From a bacterium (GTDB lineage Bacteria; Fidelibacterota; Fidelibacteria; Fidelibacterales; Fidelibacteraceae), in NCBI GenBank assembly GCA_963676395.1, contig OY781066.1, forward strand, positions 640,001-704,000: 64,000 nt of DNA, given 5' to 3'. A model generated the notes under the pieces. The model was not told the DNA's origin and ran no database searches. It saw only the letters and a program-made list of their open reading frames with translations. Every line of letters begins with the position of its first letter. Within the stretch, counting starts at the first letter, position 1. The position numbers were made by a program, and so were the translations under genes. This document shows positions 51,365 to 61,367 of the stretch, piece by piece.

Positions 51365-52483
51365 ATGAAAAAATATATCATACTATTCATACTTATCATT
51401 GCATTATCCTGCGCCCTTGTGGTTACCCCCCCGGATTCCATGCGCTTTTCGGTTGAGCTGACGCTTATCGATACAACGGCAACCGGTGGAGATACGCTTG
51501 TCAATGAAGGCCGGGTGATCTTACAATCTATCACCTATGGTGATAAATTTGAAGGAATAAGTAACGCTGAAGGTAAAGTCCTTTTCGAAAACCTATTACC
51601 TGATAGCTATAATATTCTTGCTACTGCAAATCGTGTTAGCGGTACCGATATTATCCTGATCAACGGTCAGCTTCAAGATACCTCTTTATATGTTGCGGAA
51701 AATGACACCATATCCCTCAAGCTTATTACACAGACCTCAATATCTTCGGCTCTACTAATATCGGAAATTTATTACTCGGGAGCAAAAACCGTCGTCCCCC
51801 AATACTTTCATGATCAATTTACCGAAATATATAACAATAGTAGCGAGACCCTCTATCTGGATAGCCTTATAATTGCCAATGCTGAATATGGCTTTATTGA
51901 TGACTCTCTAATTCACTCAAACCATGCTTACATGTTTCCCGGAACAGGTAATGATTTCCCCATACACCCCGGAGAATTGATCATTATCGCTCAAGACGCA
52001 ATAGACCACTCACCTTATCCCATAAATTCACTTAATCTTTTGGATGCTGATTTCGAATACTATCGCTCAGATATAGGTGATGTCGATAATCCCAATGTGA
52101 CGGATATGATCAAGCTACATTCTAAATACAATAATGACTTTTTATACTCAGTATTTAATAATGTCATTCTCCTCCTGAAAGTAGAAAAACCATACGAATA
52201 CGGATATGATAAATTCGAGCGTATTCTATTACCCAAAAAAGGTGTGATCGACGGCGTTGAATATCGCGATAATCTATCTGAACTTGATCATAAACGGATT
52301 GATGGTAGTATTGATGGCGGCCTGACAGGCGGCATCGCCTCCTATTCAACCCAATCCGTTGAAAGAAATATTGATCGCTATGAGGAGGGGCGGATAATCT
52401 TGATGGATAACAACAACAGTTCATTGGATTTTCATGTAAATAAACCGCCCACTCCCGGTGTAATAGAGGAGGCATCAGAATGA
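51365..52483 (+). CDS. Lipoprotein, DUF4876-like
   Basis: Lipobox ALSC; LLISEIYYSG, DQFTEIYNN, ADFEY, DNPNV, DNNNSSLDF. Confidence 0.82.
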   Translation: MKKYIILFILIIALSCALVVTPPDSMRFSVELTLIDTTATGGDTLVNEGRVILQSITYGDKFEGISNAEGKVLFENLLPDSYNILATANRVSGTDIILINGQLQDTSLYVAENDTISLKLITQTSISSALLISEIYYSGAKTVVPQYFHDQFTEIYNNSSETLYLDSLIIANAEYGFIDDSLIHSNHAYMFPGTGNDFPIHPGELIIIAQDAIDHSPYPINSLNLLDADFEYYRSDIGDVDNPNVTDMIKLHSKYNNDFLYSVFNNVILLLKVEKPYEYGYDKFERILLPKKGVIDGVEYRDNLSELDHKRIDGSIDGGLTGGIASYSTQSVERNIDRYEEGRIILMDNNNSSLDFHVNKPPTPGVIEEASE

Positions 52484-53937
52484 AAAAGCTATTAATTCTC
52501 CTCTCGATCGCTATCATTGCCTTTGCCCAATTTGAAACCACCGAGCAATTGTATCTTGATATCTATTCTGATTTCACGGCAGATATTCCTATGCATAACC
52601 CTGCTTACTTATCAGTTGAAACGGCTCCATATAACTATGCATTCAGTTATTCGTGGCTGGAAACAGGTGGTGAGTATAAATTGCCTTACGATCCGGAAAA
52701 AAAGAGCTACCATAATCTTCAGGTTTCCGCCTATCAAGAAATGGAAAACGGTCTTATTTTTGGCGGTCGCTTCGCTTACCGAAATGAGAAACGTCTCGGC
52801 AAATTATGGCTTCATAATGCTGAAACCAATATCAATATTCCTTTTTACTTTGGAGATAGCACAAAAGGTGATTTCAATTTAAACGGTATCGATTGGAACA
52901 TCGTTTTATCTTACCCTCTTGGGCAAGATATTCGTATTGCCATGGATATCTTTTATAATGTGGATGAGCAGTTTAAATCCGTCTTTCCTAAACCCAACTC
53001 AAAACGCAACAACCTGCATGTTCGTCCCGCTATAAGCTATAAAAGTGATAATCTTAGATTAGGCATTACATCCTCTATCTTCAATTATAAAGAAGAAATT
53101 AAAACTAAACAGTATAGTCTTGAACAAAACAAAACACCCATCTTTATGCGCATTCGAGGGTTGGATCGCGCTCTGTTAAGCTATGCTGAAACCAGTGAAG
53201 AAAGATTGCAAAATATCAATGGTTATAGTGCTTCTGCAGACATTTTACTTTATAATCTTGTATCCGTACAAGCTGCCATTGAAGATGCTGGGGCAGAGAT
53301 CACCGATGGCGGATCCGATCCGGTAAACATGGGTAGCTGGGATATGATGCGGTATTACTATCGTACCGATCTATTAATTGATGCCAGCCGACATGTGCGC
53401 ATCAATCCTAGCTTCTCACAATCTTGGGAATCTGCCAACGGCTATCATCCAGAGTTGAACAATACCATCTATAAATACAATTATCGCCGTTTTGAAGGTA
53501 ATCTTGACATTGCCTTTACCCCTATTAAAAATGAAACTTTTGCGGTCATTGGCGGTTATCGTTTTGAAGATATCAAGCGCGAAGATAACTTTTTTGGACT
53601 GGCACATTATATCCCAAGTACCACACTTATTGTAGGTACACACTACCGAATGGATTTTAAAGACAAAAGTCTAACGATCAATCTTGATTACGAACAAAAA
53701 AATGTGATAAGTTCAACTGAATATTCATCTCTAGCAGGCAAATATTATGAGATTATAACAGAAAATGAAATTGATTACTATGCTACCGACACCGAAAAAA
53801 TAATAGCTGGTATCAAATTTTCTTTTCCAATTAATAAAACTGTCCTTGCTCTTTATGGGAACTATGAAGATATTCGTGCGATGAATTCAGATATAAGATT
53901 TCACGGAGCGAATGTGAAAATTGAATTGATATATTAG
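52480..53937 (+). CDS. Outer-membrane beta-barrel protein (DUF6850-like)
   Basis: Signal peptide, HNPA, PFYFGDSTKGD, PKP; terminal aromatic residue. Confidence 0.72.
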   Translation: MKKLLILLSIAIIAFAQFETTEQLYLDIYSDFTADIPMHNPAYLSVETAPYNYAFSYSWLETGGEYKLPYDPEKKSYHNLQVSAYQEMENGLIFGGRFAYRNEKRLGKLWLHNAETNINIPFYFGDSTKGDFNLNGIDWNIVLSYPLGQDIRIAMDIFYNVDEQFKSVFPKPNSKRNNLHVRPAISYKSDNLRLGITSSIFNYKEEIKTKQYSLEQNKTPIFMRIRGLDRALLSYAETSEERLQNINGYSASADILLYNLVSVQAAIEDAGAEITDGGSDPVNMGSWDMMRYYYRTDLLIDASRHVRINPSFSQSWESANGYHPELNNTIYKYNYRRFEGNLDIAFTPIKNETFAVIGGYRFEDIKREDNFFGLAHYIPSTTLIVGTHYRMDFKDKSLTINLDYEQKNVISSTEYSSLAGKYYEIITENEIDYYATDTEKIIAGIKFSFPINKTVLALYGNYEDIRAMNSDIRFHGANVKIELIY

Positions 53938-54122
53938 GCGACAAAGTCGCTTACCGGCCATAACCTTAGCGAAAGCCGGAAATAAAAAAACAAACTGCGA
54001 TTGTAAGGGGCAACTCCTTAGCTTTAACGCGATTAATCGAATAACGAATTCGATTGTTCTAGGAGGTTCGTCCCCGCGATCAAACAAGAATAAATGTTCT
54101 AAAACAAACAAGGTCCCAATCA

Positions 54123-56246
54123 ATGAAAAAATTACTTACAATCCTTATACTCTTTGTCTCCATTGCCTTTGCGAAAGCCCCGGTTTTTGCGGTAGTCGTT
54201 GATGAAACAACATATAATAATGCCGGCACTTCAATAGATAACTACTGCTTGGCACTCGAAGAAGAAGACGGCTTTAAGGTCGAACTCCTTTCTAAAACCT
54301 GGGATAATCCCGAAGCGGTTAAAAGCGCCCTGCTTGAATTGGGCGAGATCGAAGGTGCTGTTTTTATTGGCGATATCCCTATTGCCATGGTTCAAGATGC
54401 ACAGCATATGACCTCAGCTTTTAAGATCGATCAAAATCGCTTTAAGGATCTCCGGCGCATTTCTGTTGCAACAGATCGTTTTTATGATGATCCTGACTTA
54501 GTTTTTGATTTTATCAAACAAGATGAAGATAATCCGCTGATTTTCTACTATTCACTAACCGAAGATTCTCCCCAAAAAGTTGAAAAAGATTTTTACAGCG
54601 GTCGTATTTTCCCTCCGGTCAATTTTGACAACAGATATGAGTTGATCGCAAAGTATCTGGATCGCGTGGCAAAACAAAAACGTCATCCGGAAGCATTGGA
54701 CAACATGATGACCTATACCGGTCACGGCTATCATTCCGAAGCTCTTAATGCTTGGGAAAATCATACATTAATGTTAGAAGAGCAGTTCCCCGATCTGTTC
54801 AAACCCGGTGCTTCAATCAAGAATTATGAACATACCATGTCTCGGAATATGAAAGATATCATTATGCGTGAACTTCAGGTCCCGGAATTGGATATGGTCA
54901 TCTTTCATGCGCATGGCGGTGACGACGTCCAATATCTCACGGGATATCCCGAAGCCTCAAATGCAAGGGAAAATATCGAAGAAGTAAAGCGCTTCGTCCG
55001 TAGCAAACTCCGTTCAGCCAAACGACGTGGAAATCTTGAGGAAGCAAAAGAATATTACATCAATAATTACGATATCCCCGAACATTGGGTTGACGATGCA
55101 TTCGACCCCGAACGCATTCTGGAAGATTCACTCTATGAAGCAAAGATCGATCTTTGGTCGGAGGATGTGAAAACCATGAAAACACAGGCTGAGGTTTTTG
55201 TGTTCGACGAATGTTTTAACGGCCAGTTCTTTATGCCGAATTATATTTCGGGAACTCATCTTTTTGGTGAAGGAACGGTTGTTGCCGGTATTGCAAATAC
55301 AGTCAATGTTCTGCAAGATATCTGGGCAAATGAATTGATCGGAATGCTGGGACAAGGCATGACGGTTGGCGACTGGCATTTAACCCGCTCTTATCTTGAA
55401 TCACATATCATCGGTGATCCGACCTTTCATTTTAAAGGAGATAATCCCGATGCCATTGATATGCCTTATAAAAAGCTGCTGCGTTCCAAGATCGTCAGTT
55501 TACGAGTCCTGGGTGTCTACAAAATGACAAAAGAATTGGGAGAAAATGCCGAAGAAAAGCTGATTAAACTATACAATGAAGACCCTTCACGCAATGTTAG
55601 GCTGGAAGCACTGAAATCATTGGCGAGCTTGCGTACACCGGCTTTCAGAGAACTGCTAAAAACCAGTATCTACGATCCCAATGAATTGATCCGGCGTGTC
55701 ACAGCCAACTGGATGGGACATATCGGAGATAAGGATTATATCCCTCTTCTGACAGATCGATGGGCAAAAGATATTTCGCAGCGTGTAACGTTCGCAGCAA
55801 AATCCTCACTGGAACTACTGTTTGCACATCCTTGTGCCGATGATTTCCTACAGGAGATCGCTGAAGACAACGGTTTGGATACAGCACGGGTCAATTACCG
55901 CTACGAACGAGCCCAAAAATGGCTGTATGATGAGATACTACCGACGATCACGGATACAAGCCTGACGGCTAAAAAACGTATGAGTAAGATCAGGACATTC
56001 AGGAATTATAACTTTACTCCCGGCGTTAAAACGCTTATTGAGATCGCCCTGGATGAAACCGATGATCCGATCGTTCGTACCGGTGCAATCGAAGCGATGG
56101 GTTGGTTCACCATGAATCCGAATTACAAAGAACTTATGTTAATATTACAACCGTTGACCACATCGGACATTCCAAGCGTTAAAGCTGAAGCGATCAAGAC
56201 GATCAAACGACTGGAAGCGGGACCGAATCTTGTGATCACACCGTAA
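54123..56246 (+). CDS. Secreted peptidase C25-like (clan CD fold) plus HEAT-repeat protein
   Basis: GAVFIGDIP, DRFYDD, YSGRI, VIFHAHG, VFDECFNG, IIGDPT; C-terminal D....VR..A HEAT repeats. Confidence 0.7.
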   Translation: MKKLLTILILFVSIAFAKAPVFAVVVDETTYNNAGTSIDNYCLALEEEDGFKVELLSKTWDNPEAVKSALLELGEIEGAVFIGDIPIAMVQDAQHMTSAFKIDQNRFKDLRRISVATDRFYDDPDLVFDFIKQDEDNPLIFYYSLTEDSPQKVEKDFYSGRIFPPVNFDNRYELIAKYLDRVAKQKRHPEALDNMMTYTGHGYHSEALNAWENHTLMLEEQFPDLFKPGASIKNYEHTMSRNMKDIIMRELQVPELDMVIFHAHGGDDVQYLTGYPEASNARENIEEVKRFVRSKLRSAKRRGNLEEAKEYYINNYDIPEHWVDDAFDPERILEDSLYEAKIDLWSEDVKTMKTQAEVFVFDECFNGQFFMPNYISGTHLFGEGTVVAGIANTVNVLQDIWANELIGMLGQGMTVGDWHLTRSYLESHIIGDPTFHFKGDNPDAIDMPYKKLLRSKIVSLRVLGVYKMTKELGENAEEKLIKLYNEDPSRNVRLEALKSLASLRTPAFRELLKTSIYDPNELIRRVTANWMGHIGDKDYIPLLTDRWAKDISQRVTFAAKSSLELLFAHPCADDFLQEIAEDNGLDTARVNYRYERAQKWLYDEILPTITDTSLTAKKRMSKIRTFRNYNFTPGVKTLIEIALDETDDPIVRTGAIEAMGWFTMNPNYKELMLILQPLTTSDIPSVKAEAIKTIKRLEAGPNLVITP

Positions 56247-56402
56247 TGCATCAATAAAATGGGAGGTGGCACGCTCATTACCAAGCAGCAGGATATTATA
56301 TCCAATCCCGCCTCGTTTGGCCTAATGAGTTTTGGTATACTTCACATTTGCCCTGTTAAGAAATAGAATATCCTGTTTGTAAAGGATATAAGACCAAATA
56401 AA

Positions 56403-56444
56403 GTAAAGGCTCGTCCCAACGCTTCGGGACGGGTCTTTTTTATT
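56403..56444 (+). terminator. Intrinsic terminator
   Basis: AAAGGCTCGTCCC...GGGACGGGTCTTTTTT. Confidence 0.7.
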
Positions 56445-56553
56445 AACTTAGAAAGTGATTCAGACATTATCCTTTCAATTGTATTGAAAGTTCCATCCGG
56501 TCCTCGTAAATTAATTCAATACAATTGACTTAATTTTATACAGGATTCACATC

Positions 56554-57333
56554 ATGACATTGAAACGTACCCACATTCTTGCCCTTATCATGCTATTCGG
56601 ACTATTGTCTTGTGATCGCAACCATACGGAAAGCAATTGGGAAAATTCATTTCAGAACCATCATGTCAAAGGGACCTTTGTTCTAAAGGATCTCGGGACC
56701 GGCAAAACGCTTGTTTATAACAAAAAAAGAAGCCATCAGGCATTCGTTCCGGCATCAACCTTCAAAATACTGAATTCCATGATCGCACTGCAGACGTCTT
56801 CCATTGAAAGCGTTGATGACACCATCAAATGGGACGGTGTAGACAGAGGCTATGTACTCTGGAACAAAGACCATACCATGCGGACGGCATTCCCCGTATC
56901 ATGTGTTTGGTTTTATCAGGAGTTAGCCAGACGAACCGGTAAGAAACAAATGCAGAAATGGGTTAGCGATTCGAACTACGGTAATATGAGCATAGGGCCT
57001 CAGATCGACAGATTCTGGCTTGACGGAGATTTAAGGATCTCAGCACAAGAACAAATCAGTTTTATAGAAAAACTCATTAAAAACGAATTGCCTTTTAATA
57101 AGACTATTCAAGAAACCGTCAAAAGCATCATGATCAACGATGCCACCGACCAATATGTCGTTCATGCAAAGACAGGATGGAGCCAGGGTATCGGTTGGTA
57201 TGTCGGATATATCGAGAGTAATAATAACACTTGGATATTTTCACTGAATATTGATATGGAAAATATCAATCAAGCGGTGATCAGAAAACTGCTGACTTAC
57301 GATATTTTAAAAGAACAAAATATCATCGAGTAA
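56554..57333 (+). CDS. blaOXA: Class D beta-lactamase (OXA family) or close penicillin-binding homolog, lipoprotein
   Basis: PASTFK, SCVWFYQ, YGN, FWLDG.L.IS, KTGW, GWYVG; lipobox LLSC. Confidence 0.88.
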   Translation: MTLKRTHILALIMLFGLLSCDRNHTESNWENSFQNHHVKGTFVLKDLGTGKTLVYNKKRSHQAFVPASTFKILNSMIALQTSSIESVDDTIKWDGVDRGYVLWNKDHTMRTAFPVSCVWFYQELARRTGKKQMQKWVSDSNYGNMSIGPQIDRFWLDGDLRISAQEQISFIEKLIKNELPFNKTIQETVKSIMINDATDQYVVHAKTGWSQGIGWYVGYIESNNNTWIFSLNIDMENINQAVIRKLLTYDILKEQNIIE

Positions 57334-57425
57334 ACGTGACCATCGTAGAAATTTGAGAGATCGAGCCTTTTATTATCAATTGAAAAATACCCCGTTCAAT
57401 AAAAAAGATTTTGACATGACAAATT

Positions 57426-57464
57426 TGTAAAGTGTATTTGTCATATTGAACAACTTACTTTACA
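57426..57464. promoter_or_regulatory. Tandem imperfect 18-bp palindromes, likely operator for the XRE regulator
   Basis: TGTAAAGTGTATTTGTCA and TGAACAACTTACTTTACA just upstream of the operon. Confidence 0.5.
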
Positions 57465-57482
57465 TTTAAGAGGTGTGTAATA

Positions 57483-57899
57483 ATGAGCATAATGAAAATG
57501 GATAAAAATCAACATGATCTAGTCTTACTGCCAAGACTATTCAATAAAGTTGCTTTGGGAATTTTGATCCTTAGTATTCTGTTTGCAACTTTAGCAATTT
57601 TATCAATTATAAATATTGATATGGCAGTTATGAAAACGATTGTTGCAACAGGAATTTTAGTATCACTGTTAATATTTGCTTTGACAAAAGATAAAGTCGA
57701 AGATGAACTCTTATTAAGGATCCGGCTTAAAGCTTTTGCCGGCTCATTTATATTTGGGGTTTTATACGTACTCATTGATCCGTTCATCAATTTACTTTTC
57801 GATCATGATTTCTCATCCGATTTAGGTTTAACAAGAATATTGATTACCATGTTTTTATTTTATTTCATGAGCTTTTATTCAATGAAAAAGAAACGTTAA
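57483..57899 (+). CDS. Four-TM membrane protein
   Basis: KDKVEDE...IRLKAF motif between TM pairs; TAATG coupling to the XRE gene. Confidence 0.75.
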   Translation: MSIMKMDKNQHDLVLLPRLFNKVALGILILSILFATLAILSIINIDMAVMKTIVATGILVSLLIFALTKDKVEDELLLRIRLKAFAGSFIFGVLYVLIDPFINLLFDHDFSSDLGLTRILITMFLFYFMSFYSMKKKR

Positions 57900-58099
57900 T
57901 GAAAAATTCGATCAAAATACAAAGAGTCATTAAAGATTTAACACAGGAAGACTTGGCAAATAAAATCGGTGTTTCAAGACAAACTATTAATTCTATCGAA
58001 AACAACCGATATATCCCCTCGACAGCGCTTGCGCTGAAAATATCAGCTATATTCGATAAAAATGTCAATGAACTGTTTGAGTTAGAAAAAGATGATTAA
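57899..58099 (+). CDS. XRE-family HTH transcriptional regulator
   Basis: LTQEDLA..IGVSRQTINSIE..RYIPS..LALKI. Confidence 0.93.
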   Translation: MKNSIKIQRVIKDLTQEDLANKIGVSRQTINSIENNRYIPSTALALKISAIFDKNVNELFELEKDD

Positions 58100-58132
58100 A
58101 TCCGAAGCATAGTCTTTATTATGTATAAAACT

Positions 58133-58165
58133 GTAAAGGCCCGAGGGATCGAGCCTTTTTTTATT
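58133..58165 (+). terminator. Intrinsic terminator
   Basis: AAAGGCCCGA-ggga-TCGAGCCTTTTTTT. Confidence 0.65.
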
Positions 58166-58169
58166 TCCA

Positions 58170-58240
58170 TTCACCGGATCACTGTTCACGACTGTTCACC
58201 GTTTACTGTTTACTGTTCACCGTTTACTATTCACCGTTTA
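58170..58240. repeat. Degenerate heptamer tandem repeat TT(C/T)AC(C/T)G
   Basis: About nine units, e.g. TTCACCG TTTACTG TTTACTG TTCACCG TTTACTA TTCACCG. Confidence 0.8.
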
Positions 58241-58400
58241 CTCTTCTTCCATAAACGGATATTCATAGGCCTGGGCGGATTGAAATTCTCCTTCACCGTC
58301 CGGAACCGATACCCAGCGCATCAGATTCATAGATGAACCGGCTTTGTCGTTCGTACCGGAAGCTCTGGCACCACCAAATGGCTGTTGACCCTCCACAGCG
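58238..58400 (-). pseudogene. Displaced, diverged copy of the pruA 3' end
   Basis: 163 bp alignable to 59733-59895, with substitutions and a compensating -1/+1 indel pair. Confidence 0.9.
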
Positions 58401-58460
58401 AAAGAGTCCTTTTGTTGTATTAGTTTTTTAACCATATTCAATTTAGATTGTGCATTCTCT

Positions 58461-58889
58461 TTAAAAATTTAATAATGAATCCGATATTCTAAAAAAATAT
58501 GTTACAACATTTTCATCCATAAATGTAATAGACCAATTATCTAAATCCCAAAATTCTGGAATATATTTTTCATTCCAAACACTGCCATCTCTTATAAATA
58601 CAGAAAAACTATCTATTTCACTGTTAAACTTATCTTGAGAAAATACCACAGGTGAATCTTCATCTAATGAAGTTCTGTAAAAACAGACAAAATCATCAGT
58701 GTTATTTATAGTTACACCATCTGGCATAAGTATCTTGTCAACTGTACCAAATTCTGATCCTCCGACAAACACTCTAATACAAACATCACTTTGATTGCTA
58801 ACATACATTTGATGTTCTGATTGTTGTGTGTAGCAAGAATAAATTAAAGCACTAAATATTACTATAAAAAACAGCCCTATTTTTCTCAT
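58461..58889 (-). CDS. Hypothetical lipoprotein
   Basis: Lipobox IYSC, AT-rich. Confidence 0.65.
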   Translation of the reverse strand: MRKIGLFFIVIFSALIYSCYTQQSEHQMYVSNQSDVCIRVFVGGSEFGTVDKILMPDGVTINNTDDFVCFYRTSLDEDSPVVFSQDKFNSEIDSFSVFIRDGSVWNEKYIPEFWDLDNWSITFMDENVVTYFFRISDSLLNF

Positions 58890-59230
58890 TATCTTTCATC
58901 CTCATATGCAACATCTGGGTACAAATCAATTAATCTACTCTCAAGATATTCATCATAATTTAGAGAGTATTGATTAAATTGATCTAAATTATTTTCAAAT
59001 AACGAAATATTTGTTCTTCTATATTCATATTCACGTTGAATTGCATATAGTGCCATTGGTGAGAAATAAGGAATATCATTTAGTAATTCAATCTTTTTTA
59101 TATTCTCAATCTTGGGATTTCCATCATTAACGCTTGTATTATCTACCCCAACAAATTGACATCCAATGGCCCCAAATAGTAAAATAATCATAATAACATT
59201 ATGGAAAGTCTTCTTAATTATCTGTTTCAT
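58889..59230 (-). CDS. Hypothetical lipoprotein, possibly truncated
   Basis: Lipobox AIGC; TAATG coupling to the next gene. Confidence 0.55.
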   Translation of the reverse strand: MKQIIKKTFHNVIMIILLFGAIGCQFVGVDNTSVNDGNPKIENIKKIELLNDIPYFSPMALYAIQREYEYRRTNISLFENNLDQFNQYSLNYDEYLESRLIDLYPDVAYEDER

Positions 59231-59732
59231 TTATACTCTCTTTTGTTCTTTTTTTGTTTTATACTTATATTTTACAAATTATTTATTTTTTTACAACAGT
59301 TTTCTATTATTTAAAAACGATATTTAGTTTACTGCTATATAAATTACACGAAAGCACTAGTCAATTCATTATGACAAAGAATTCATCTTAAAATATAAGT
59401 TTAATATGAACTAAAAATTTATAAACCCTCAACTTCAATTGCAAAAGGACAATTCACATCAAGAGAATCTATTATAACTATCATTTTAATCATAATGACT
59501 CATAAATAGGCTTCTCCCTCCTTCGCACAAGGTTTCGGAGGATAGAACATTATTTATATAAAAATAGAACCCATTTCTGAGTCCTTTTTATTCTGTTTAT
59601 TCAGCCTAATCATCCAGTAATTGTGTCAGAAAAACAACATCTTGTAAATCATATTATCCTGTCAAAAAATATCCTGTCGTTTTCTCGACCAGCCAGCAGA
59701 CCTTCATGATATTCAGGCGCCAGCTGGCAGGT

Positions 59733-61367
59733 CTACTCTTCTTCCATAAACGGATATTCATAGGCCTTCGGCGGATTAAAGGTCTCTTTTACGGTTCGGA
59801 CCGATACCCAGCGCATCAGGTTCATGGAGGAACCGGCTTTGTCGTTCGTACCGGAAGCTCTGGCACCACCAAATGGCTGTTGACCCACTACAGCGCCTGT
59901 GGGTTTGTCGTTGATATAGAAGTTACCGGCTGCATTGACCAGTTTGTCTTTGGCAATAAGCACAGCTTCACGATCTTGAGCAAAAACAGCCCCTGTTAAA
60001 GCGTAAGGTGATGTTTCGTCAACTAATTTGAGTGTTGCTTCAAATTCATCAGCTTCATAAACATAGATCGTTAAAACCGGACCGAAGATCTCTTCTTCCA
60101 TGGTTTTGAATTTTGGATTGATGGTCACGATGGTCGTGGGTTCAATGAAGTAACCTTTCGACTTATCATAGCCACCGCCGGTGATGATCTCGGCGTCCTT
60201 GCTGTTCTTGGCATAGTCAATGTAACCGGCGATCTTATCGAAAGCGGATTCATCGATCACGGCTGTCATAAAATTAGAGAAGTCGAGTGGTGAACCCATC
60301 TTGATGGTTTTAACCATTTTCACATATTTCTCTTTAACTTCTTCCCAGATATTGTCGGGGATATAAACCCGGGATGCTGCCGAGCATTTCTGGCCCTGGA
60401 ACTCAAAGGCACCACGAACCATGGCCACCACCAACGCATCAACGTCGGCTGTTTTATGCGCAACAATAAAGTCCTTACCCCCTGTCTCACCTACGATACG
60501 TGGATAAGATCTGTAAGTAGAAATATTCTCACCGATGGTTTTCCATACATGCTGGAAGACTTCGGTGGAACCGGTAAAATGGATACCGGCAAAATCAGGG
60601 TGCTTAAATACGATGTCACCGATCTGAGCGCCACTTCCGGGCAGAAAGTTGATCACGCCATCAGGCAAACCGGCTTCTTTGAACAATTTCATTAAATAAT
60701 AGGCAGAGAACATCTGAGTTCTTGAGGGTTTCCAAACCACCGTATTACCCATAATAGCAGGCGATGTAGGCAGGTTGCCGGCAATGGAAGTAAAATTAAA
60801 AGGAGTCAGCGCAAAAACAAAGCCTTCAAGTGCGCGGTATTCCAATTGATTCCAAGTACCGATCGGGCTGTAATCCGGCTGGTTTTTATAAATCTCAGAC
60901 ATATAAAATGTATTAAAGTTGAAAAAATCGATCAATTCACAGGCAGCATCAATCTCTGCCTGATAAATGGTTTTACTCTGTCCCAGCATTGTTGAAGCAT
61001 TTAATAAATCGCCATAGGGTTTGGCAAGCAAAACAGCCATTTTCTTAAAAATAGCTGCGCGTGATTCAGCCGGCATTTTTGACCAGGTCTTGCGAGCTTC
61101 CAAGGCGGCATCAATCGCCATCTTGATCTCTTTTTCTCCGGCCATATGGTAAGTTGCCAGTACATGTTGATGATCGTGAGGACATACGACCTTAGCAGTT
61201 TTACCTGTATATATTTCTTTTCCACCGATGATCACGGGGATCTCGATCTCTGTTTTTAACATATCATCCAAGACCTTCTTGACGCTTTCCCTTTCGGCTG
61301 AGCCGGGGGCATAGGTCAAGACACGTTCATTCTCTGCATGGGGAATTTTATAGAGCGCATTGATCAT
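59733..61367 (-). CDS. pruA: L-glutamate gamma-semialdehyde (P5C) dehydrogenase
   Basis: QAEIDAACELIDF, PFNFTSI, FTGST, GETGGKDF, FEFQGQKCSA, EEIFGP, QQPFGGARASGTNDKAG. Confidence 0.96.
   Translation of the reverse strand: MINALYKIPHAENERVLTYAPGSAERESVKKVLDDMLKTEIEIPVIIGGKEIYTGKTAKVVCPHDHQHVLATYHMAGEKEIKMAIDAALEARKTWSKMPAESRAAIFKKMAVLLAKPYGDLLNASTMLGQSKTIYQAEIDAACELIDFFNFNTFYMSEIYKNQPDYSPIGTWNQLEYRALEGFVFALTPFNFTSIAGNLPTSPAIMGNTVVWKPSRTQMFSAYYLMKLFKEAGLPDGVINFLPGSGAQIGDIVFKHPDFAGIHFTGSTEVFQHVWKTIGENISTYRSYPRIVGETGGKDFIVAHKTADVDALVVAMVRGAFEFQGQKCSAASRVYIPDNIWEEVKEKYVKMVKTIKMGSPLDFSNFMTAVIDESAFDKIAGYIDYAKNSKDAEIITGGGYDKSKGYFIEPTTIVTINPKFKTMEEEIFGPVLTIYVYEADEFEATLKLVDETSPYALTGAVFAQDREAVLIAKDKLVNAAGNFYINDKPTGAVVGQQPFGGARASGTNDKAGSSMNLMRWVSVRTVKETFNPPKAYEYPFMEEE

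Noticed and set aside
58238..58441. 67-aa ORF as a real gene
   Set aside because: It is a chimera of islet DNA and the frameshifted pruA 3' fragment.
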